A DNA stretch of 63,030 nt, counting the filler, from Klebsormidium nitens (taxonomy: Eukaryota > Plantae > Klebsormidiophyceae), in assembly GCA_000708835.1 (NCBI GenBank). It is 4 parts of 4 records of this genome, joined end to end, with 100 filler letters (N's around TTAATTAATTAA, not from the genome) between each part and the next. Parts side by side here need not be neighbours in the genome. Positions count along the whole stretch, not along the records: positions 45,225 to 63,030 come from DF237979.1; 3 more parts are not named here. The stretch is one strand, 5' to 3'. How positions within the stretch are numbered: position 1 is the stretch's first letter; each line of letters opens with the position of its first letter. Shown piece by piece: positions 58,270-63,030 of this stretch. Below the pieces are notes generated by a model. That model saw only the letters and a program-made list of their open reading frames with translations, did not search any database and was not told the DNA's origin. Position numbers and translations under genes: made by a program.

Positions 58270-58645
58270 TCCGTCCTATAGATCCGCCTCAAGCGCACCA
58301 TTTACGGGTTGCGCCACGCCCTACGTGCGTGGCACATGCGGTTGAAGGAGGAGCTTGGGAACTTGAAGTTCGTGGCATAATGGCGAACGGGAAGTTCTTT
58401 GCGAAACGATAGCCGGGGAGCGGGTCTACCTATTGGTGTGGGTGGACGACATCCTACATGTGACCCAACGAGCGGACCGCATTGCAAGATAAAGCTAGGC
58501 GCATTTGGGGGAGAAGTTCGACATGTGCGATTTTAAGGGAGGCGAATTACTTTCTCTGCATGGAGCTGACGCGCGATATCAAGACGCGCACCCTAAAGCT
58601 AACGAAAAAAAAGCTGACGGGAGAGCTGGACGGACGGTACAATTC
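58270..58645 (+). mobile_element. Copia RT fragment
   Basis: CAAGCGCACCATTTACGGGTTGCGCCACGCCCTACGTGCGTGGCACATGCGG, homologous to 45980 and 46951. Confidence 0.8.
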
Positions 58646-58699
58646 TTCCATAGGGTTGGTCGGCAAGTTTTGACGGGCGGCGTGGTGCGGATGCAAGCA

Positions 58700-59187
58700 G
58701 CCAAGTCTACCATAACCCTTAGATACGTAGATACTACAATCGACGGCCTAGCTTCACTCACTCCAACCAACTACCATCGAACGGTCCACACAAATCCGGT
58801 CTTAATCTCTTGCAACTACCTTTTCCAGGTTCTTAACCTTTCAAGTTCCTCCAATCCTGTTTGGTCTTGATCTGCAAACTACTTGGGCTATTTGATCTTC
58901 GTCTGCCAAGCACACAATCCATTTCATCTTAATCCATCAAGCACTCAACTTCTTTTATCTTAATCTGACAATCGCTCAGTTCCTTTTATCTTAATCTATC
59001 AAGCACTCAATCCTTTTCATCTTAATTTGCCAAGCCCTCAATTCCCTTCTCTTGATCTGCCAAGCCTTCAACTTCTTTCATCTTAATGTGTCAAGCCCTC
59101 ACTCTCTTTCATCTTAGTTTTACAAGTGATTATTCTCCTTGTCCTTAATGTCCACAATTTGGCCGTCAATCAATCTTAATCTCAACA
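58700..59187 (-). mobile_element. Copia LTR (minus) containing about 7-8 tandem 31-bp repeats
   Basis: Starts TGTTGAGATTAAGATTGATTGACGGCC at 59187; unit ATCTTAATCTRYCAAGCMCTCAAYTYCTTTY at 58915-59115; inverted homologue at 61725-62700. Confidence 0.75.
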
Positions 59188-59826
59188 TCCTCTTCAAGCC
59201 AACGCGCGAGCGTAACACCGCGGTACATCACGGTGGGTCAATGTACAAAAACCGTAGAGGGACGTCAGAAGTATTTGATCGACCCAACGGTAAAATCCTA
59301 ATTTCTGACAGTTTGATACAACAAGTATAATTTATGGCCGAAATCTGTCAAACACTACTAGTTATGCGTGCGGCGGTCCTTAGCATTGTCTCGCGGATCT
59401 CTCCTTCCACTAGGCTCACTAGCCTACTAGCCTCACTGACCTAAGTCGGACTTTTCTAGGCTTACGAATTTAGGTCCTTACGATTACTCTGTCGAAAGTA
59501 CAGTCCCGTTGGCAACTCGCTTGATTTATGTAGGGGACTCGTGACATCATCACGGTCCATATTTACAACAAAATGTGGGACCGGAAGGTCCAGGTTTGAA
59601 TCCCAATGGGAAAGGCTGCGTGCACAAAATGTTTGAGCGGATTGAAACTCGGCGAGTTACTCTAGAAGTGGAGGGATGGGCCGGGAAGCTAGCATGACGT
59701 CATCACGGACCGTATTGCGAATATACTCTAGTGGGTAGCGAACTTGGTTTGAGTACGGAACTCGTGACATCATCACAGTCCGCATTTACAACAAGGTCAT
59801 CTACTGACGGTCTTCTCAACTGCCTA

Positions 59827-60298
59827 CACAACGCAACCACGCCATTTTCAGATCAAAGTGGTCTGATATCGGGCTCCTTCATCGACCGCCAGTTTAAGAA
59901 TCGCACAATCCCAAAGCCCTGGACGGACCGAGCCAAAACCCCAAACTTTGATGGCTGAAAGTTCGAATTTCAATAAGCTACTGAAAGTGACCGCCGTAGT
60001 AGATCGAAACTCACGGTCAAATTCACTCTATGATTTTGCATAGGCAAAAACCTCCACCGTGACGGTTTGAGATCCCCACCTGTGAAGTTATTGAAAACTC
60101 AATACGATGTTATACTGCTCACGTGATAATGCTATATACCAATTTTCAGCTCTAAATTATGTGCAGAACTGCTTGAATTAGGCCTATCCCTATAACCTTA
60201 AAAATTGCCATTCTAGGCCTCTCCGAGTCCACGGGGTTCAATATTCGCCCGCCGCGCAGAATTCACCGTACGTTAAATTTTGGCGTGATTGCGTTGTG
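59827..60298. mobile_element. 472-bp MITE with CACAA termini and 2-bp TSD TA
   Basis: TIR CACAACGCAACCACGC / GCGTGATTGCGTTGTG; TA on both flanks; homologous to 62010-62464. Confidence 0.85.
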
Positions 60299-60983
60299 TA
60301 ACCTTCTTGCCATGAGAAATCTAACGTCACATAGTGGGTTTTTTGCCATGGGGCGCTCGACAATGAACCTATCCCACGGATTGACATGTGTCCCACATTC
60401 TGCCACCTTGATTGGCGGACTAGACCATATGGGCGAAGGCTGTCAAGAGCCGCATCGCCCCGCCCGACAGGCACCTTTAAATTGGCCGTAGCTAGCCTAC
60501 TCATATATTGAAAAACCCTACTTGGTACACCAGTGTCAGCTAGGTAGCGCTAGCTTCCGTAGATCATTAAGTACTACTACCACCGTACTGTGTACCGAAA
60601 TTTCGGGGTACGAAAAACGGCAGATTTGAAATTCGCTTTGATCCGAACTTTGCGACGACTCAAACTTTTGAGCGACTCAATCGGACGGTACTTCAGATGT
60701 GCTCGAAGTTTCATCGACGGACTGCGGAATCTATAAAAGGACATGCGTCATTGTCCCGTGCGTCGCTCGTGTCGTGCGCCTCATAGCAAAAAATCTTAGC
60801 GCTCGGGCGCGTCTTATTTGTTATGTGCACGCACGTCGATAGTCACTGGATTGAAACTCTAAGTCGGTTCGGACCTTGTTCATGGCATTCGATTGACCAT
60901 AGTAACCGAATTCTAATTGTACTGGAGCGTGTGCAGGCGGCCCGAGATTCTTCAAGCCTTGCGCGCATCGGCGTGCTACATAT

Positions 60984-61530
60984 TGTTGAGAAATGGAGTT
61001 GATTGACGGCCAAATTGTTGAGTTAGGCTCGATAGAATTGAGCCGCCGGATTGTGGGTTTTGTCATGTAAGATCGATCGTAGGATTGTGCTTTGTGTCAT
61101 GTAATATCGACTATAGAATTAGAGGTTTGTGTCGTTGAGTATCGACCGTCGGAGTGCGTGTTGACTCCGATTGTGGATCGAGATGTGAGTCGACTCGAGT
61201 GGTTTAGTACTCCGACCACTAGTAGTATAGTGCCCCGGTCACAAGTTCGAGTGGAATATAAGCCGTTTTGTGAGTAATAAAGTGACCATTTGTTGGAAAG
61301 AATTCCATATAGTTGAGCCGACTAGTGGATGGTGGAAGTACACCCGACCTAGGCTAGAGAACACCTAGCTACCGGATTGAAGTGACTTTGGACTGATGTC
61401 ACATGATGGAATGATGATATTCATTCCAAGAGATGCTTGAAGGGAGAAAGACGTTTCTTTGTAAAAGCGCTTTTGTGTGAGCGTGGTTAGACCCTAGCTT
61501 GTAACAAGCACGAGTGATTATTTTAGAACA
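60984..61530 (+). mobile_element. Copia LTR (plus), same family as 49961-50393
   Basis: TGTTGAGAAATGGAGTTGATTGACGGCC...; collinear with the reverse complement of 49961-50393. Confidence 0.75.
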
Positions 61531-61720
61531 CAGCGCCCCTACGGAGGCGCATTGGGCGGCAACGCTCGGGGTGGTGCGCTATTTGGCGGTGACGGGAGAA
61601 GCCGGAATGCCGTTCGAGCGGAGCGGCGAGGTCCTCGAGGCGTCCTCTTTGCCGACTTTGCGGGGTACTTCAACACACGGCGCTCTCGAGCGGGGTACGT
61701 CTTCTTGAAACACGGTGTTA
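61531..61720 (+). mobile_element. Copia RT/RNase H fragment
   Basis: APTEAHWAATLGVVRYLA and DFAGYFNTRRSRAGYVF. Confidence 0.75.
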
Positions 61721-61724
61721 TTGG

Positions 61725-62825
61725 TGGTGAGTTAAGATTGGTTGACAACCAAATTGTCGAGAATAAGAGCAAGGAGAATTGGGAGTTATGAGATTACGGT
61801 CTCAACGGATTTATCAAAAGGAGTTGCGTGCATGGCAGATTAAGATGAAAGAGATTGAGAGCTTGGCAAATCTACATGGAAGACGTTGATTGCGTGGCAG
61901 AATTAGATGCAACGGATCGAGTCGCTTGACAGATTCAGATGAAAGAAGTTGAGTGCTTGATGAATGAAGATAAAAGAGATTGAGTGCTTCGCACATTTAC
62001 AAGAAATACCACAATGCAACCACGCCATTTTCAGATCGAAGTGGTTCGATACCGAGTTGGTCGATGGACCGTCAGATTCGAGATCTGACGGTCGAAAGCT
62101 GGTTTCGGGTCCGAGTCAAATTTTAGGTTTCGATCGATAAAAGTTCGAATTTCAATAAGGACCGCCGCAGCTCGAAACTCACGGTTAAATTCACCCTATG
62201 AATCTGGATAGGCTGAAACTTTCACCGTGACGGATTTTGATTTCCACCTGTGAATTTGTTGAAAACCTAATACAATGTTAGACTGCTCGTGATAAGCCTA
62301 TATACCAATTTTGAGCTCCAAATTATGAGCAGAAGTGCCTAAATTAAGGCAAACCCTAAAACCCTAAAAATTGCCAATTTAGACTTCGCCGTGACTCGGA
62401 GGTCCAAAATTCGCCCGCCGCGCAGAATTCACCGTACGTAAAATTTTAGCGTGGTTGCGTTGTGACATCAAGTAGTTGATGAATGGTAAATCTACATTTA
62501 CAAGGACTTGGGACTTCAAGAATCTGGAAATGTTCGGTGCAAGAAATCAATATGGGAATTTGTGTGGACCGTTCGAACGTAGTTGTTTGAAGTGATTGAA
62601 GCTAGAGCGTCGATTACTAAGGGTGATAGTAAACCGAAAGTAGGTTGGAGTAGATCTAGCTACGGGATTGACTTGACTTAACTGTGATGTAATGGATAAA
62701 TCATACTAAGAGATGCTTGGAGAGAGTTAGGGCGCTCGTTTTGAGAAGGCGCTTGTGTGCAATGGTGGTTGAATCCTTCGTAGGTTCCAAGCATGAGCGT
62801 GTGATTACAACAGCTTATGGGCCCA
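61725..62825 (+). mobile_element. Copia 5' LTR interrupted by a MITE, ending TTACAACA (62812), followed by PBS GCTTATGGGCCCA
   Basis: Homology to 58700-59187; PBS of the same type as at 49950 and 55100. Confidence 0.75.
62010..62464. mobile_element. 455-bp MITE with CACAA termini and 2-bp TSD AC
   Basis: TIR CACAATGCAACCACGC / GCGTGGTTGCGTTGTG; AC on both flanks; interior shared with 59827-60298 (CGCCCGCCGCGCAGAATTCACCGTACG). Confidence 0.85.
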
Positions 62826-63030
62826 CAATAAAGCTTCCTAGGTAGAGAAGAAAGATGAGATCGTTGTGAAGTGAAGGAGGGAGAGCTTTGAGTGAGGCTT
62901 AATTTTGGGTTAATGAGCGCTAAAGGAAGCGTTACCGCAAAGGAGACGGCGGGTTGAATAGACAAGATTGTTATCTCGCAACTTGGATCGAGGTGAGAAT
63001 TGGTCGGTATGGAGGGTGTAACGATTACGA

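Noticed and set aside
59565-59610. tRNA-like GGACCGGAAGGTCCAGGTTTGAATCCC
   Set aside because: No cloverleaf or A-box found; at most a decayed SINE head, not supportable

Overview
Eukaryotic nuclear DNA from a draft assembly with several N gaps. The GC-rich, intron-rich genes of plant type point to a streptophyte alga such as Klebsormidium (inference). The left 41 kb holds six genes reconstructed by hand with phase-consistent splice sites or reading frames: a secreted dirigent/allene-oxide-cyclase-fold protein (-), two tandem divergent HD-Zip transcription factor paralogues (+), a CHAD (polyphosphate-binding) protein with a probable plastid transit peptide (+), cyclin T1 with a long RS/RD tail (-), and an intronless F-box-like ORF with two compensating frameshifts (-). 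Between them are the 5' part of a CRE-like non-LTR retrotransposon, the 3' end of a PHD-bearing Ty3/gypsy-like element with an extra ORF, decayed ORFs, MITE-like elements and minisatellites. The right 21 kb is a nested transposon cluster: a chromodomain gypsy remnant, multiple Ty1/copia fragments and LTRs, and non-autonomous CAC-terminal DNA transposons with 2-bp TSDs. Repeat-derived DNA looks strongly enriched in CTAG/GTAC/TpA while keeping CpG, suggestive of a RIP-like C-to-T process. No rRNA, tRNA or CRISPR array is supportable. All family calls come from motif recognition by eye; no database search was run.
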